Shown here: positions 63,716 through 64,000 of the stretch, piece after piece
Position numbering within the stretch: position 1 is the stretch's first letter
Layout of the letters: the number at the start of each line of letters is the position of its first letter
Source of the DNA: Octopus sinensis
Lineage: Eukaryota
Assembly (NCBI RefSeq): GCF_006345805.1
Contig: NC_043002.1
Span: 103,478,001 to 103,542,000, forward strand
Reading direction: 5' to 3'
DNA length: 64,000 bases
Notes under the pieces: generated by a model
What the model was told of the DNA's origin: nothing
What the model saw: the letters and a program-made list of their open reading frames with translations, nothing else
The model's database searches: none
Position numbers and translations under genes: made by a program

Positions 63716-64000
63716 AATTCACAGCCAAATGCAAAGTAAACTAGGATATATTTTCCTATCTTCGGTCTGAGGGATTAATCATCCATTTAAATTAATTTCT
63801 CATTAAACTTACCTCTCGCACAACTCTGGTTATGATCAGATGCGTCTCTAAGATATTCCTCTCTGGTGATACCTCAGATATTATTCCAGTAATAAGATCT
63901 TCTAAAGTTTAATTATCAGTGGTACAGTGGTTAGAAGTCTTACGAATAAAATAAGTCTCGTTTGAATATAACCATTGGCCATCTTCTGAGATATTACTCG

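Overview
Repeat-dense, AT-rich eukaryotic DNA with no recognisable intact host exon. The SINE families and the density of (TA)n/(CA)n/(GATA)n suggest a coleoid cephalopod such as Octopus (inference). Nearly all long ORFs in the track are microsatellite translations. Real coding remnants are all transposon-derived: two Penelope-like (PLE) GIY-YIG ends, a probable PLE RT piece, two RTE LINE pieces, a tandem pair of RLE-type non-LTR 3' ends and two mariner derivatives, plus a Helitron-like element and three tRNA-derived SINE families. The main result, from manual folding, is about 20 type I hammerhead ribozyme (HHR) or HHR-like motifs in at least 8 unrelated sequence families. Several sit once per monomer in tandem arrays (about 595 bp at 6.9-9.7 kb, 355-360 bp at 12.8-13.9 kb, 354 bp at 62 kb). 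These elements repeatedly form head-to-head fold-backs whose two 3' ends face outward, usually into (TA)n. Variants include a compensatory U3:A8 core, stem II extensions of 57-76 nt, and mostly palindromic stem III. This looks like a diverse system of (TA)n-targeting, PLE-mobilised, retrozyme-like elements. Ribozyme activity and expression are untested predictions.
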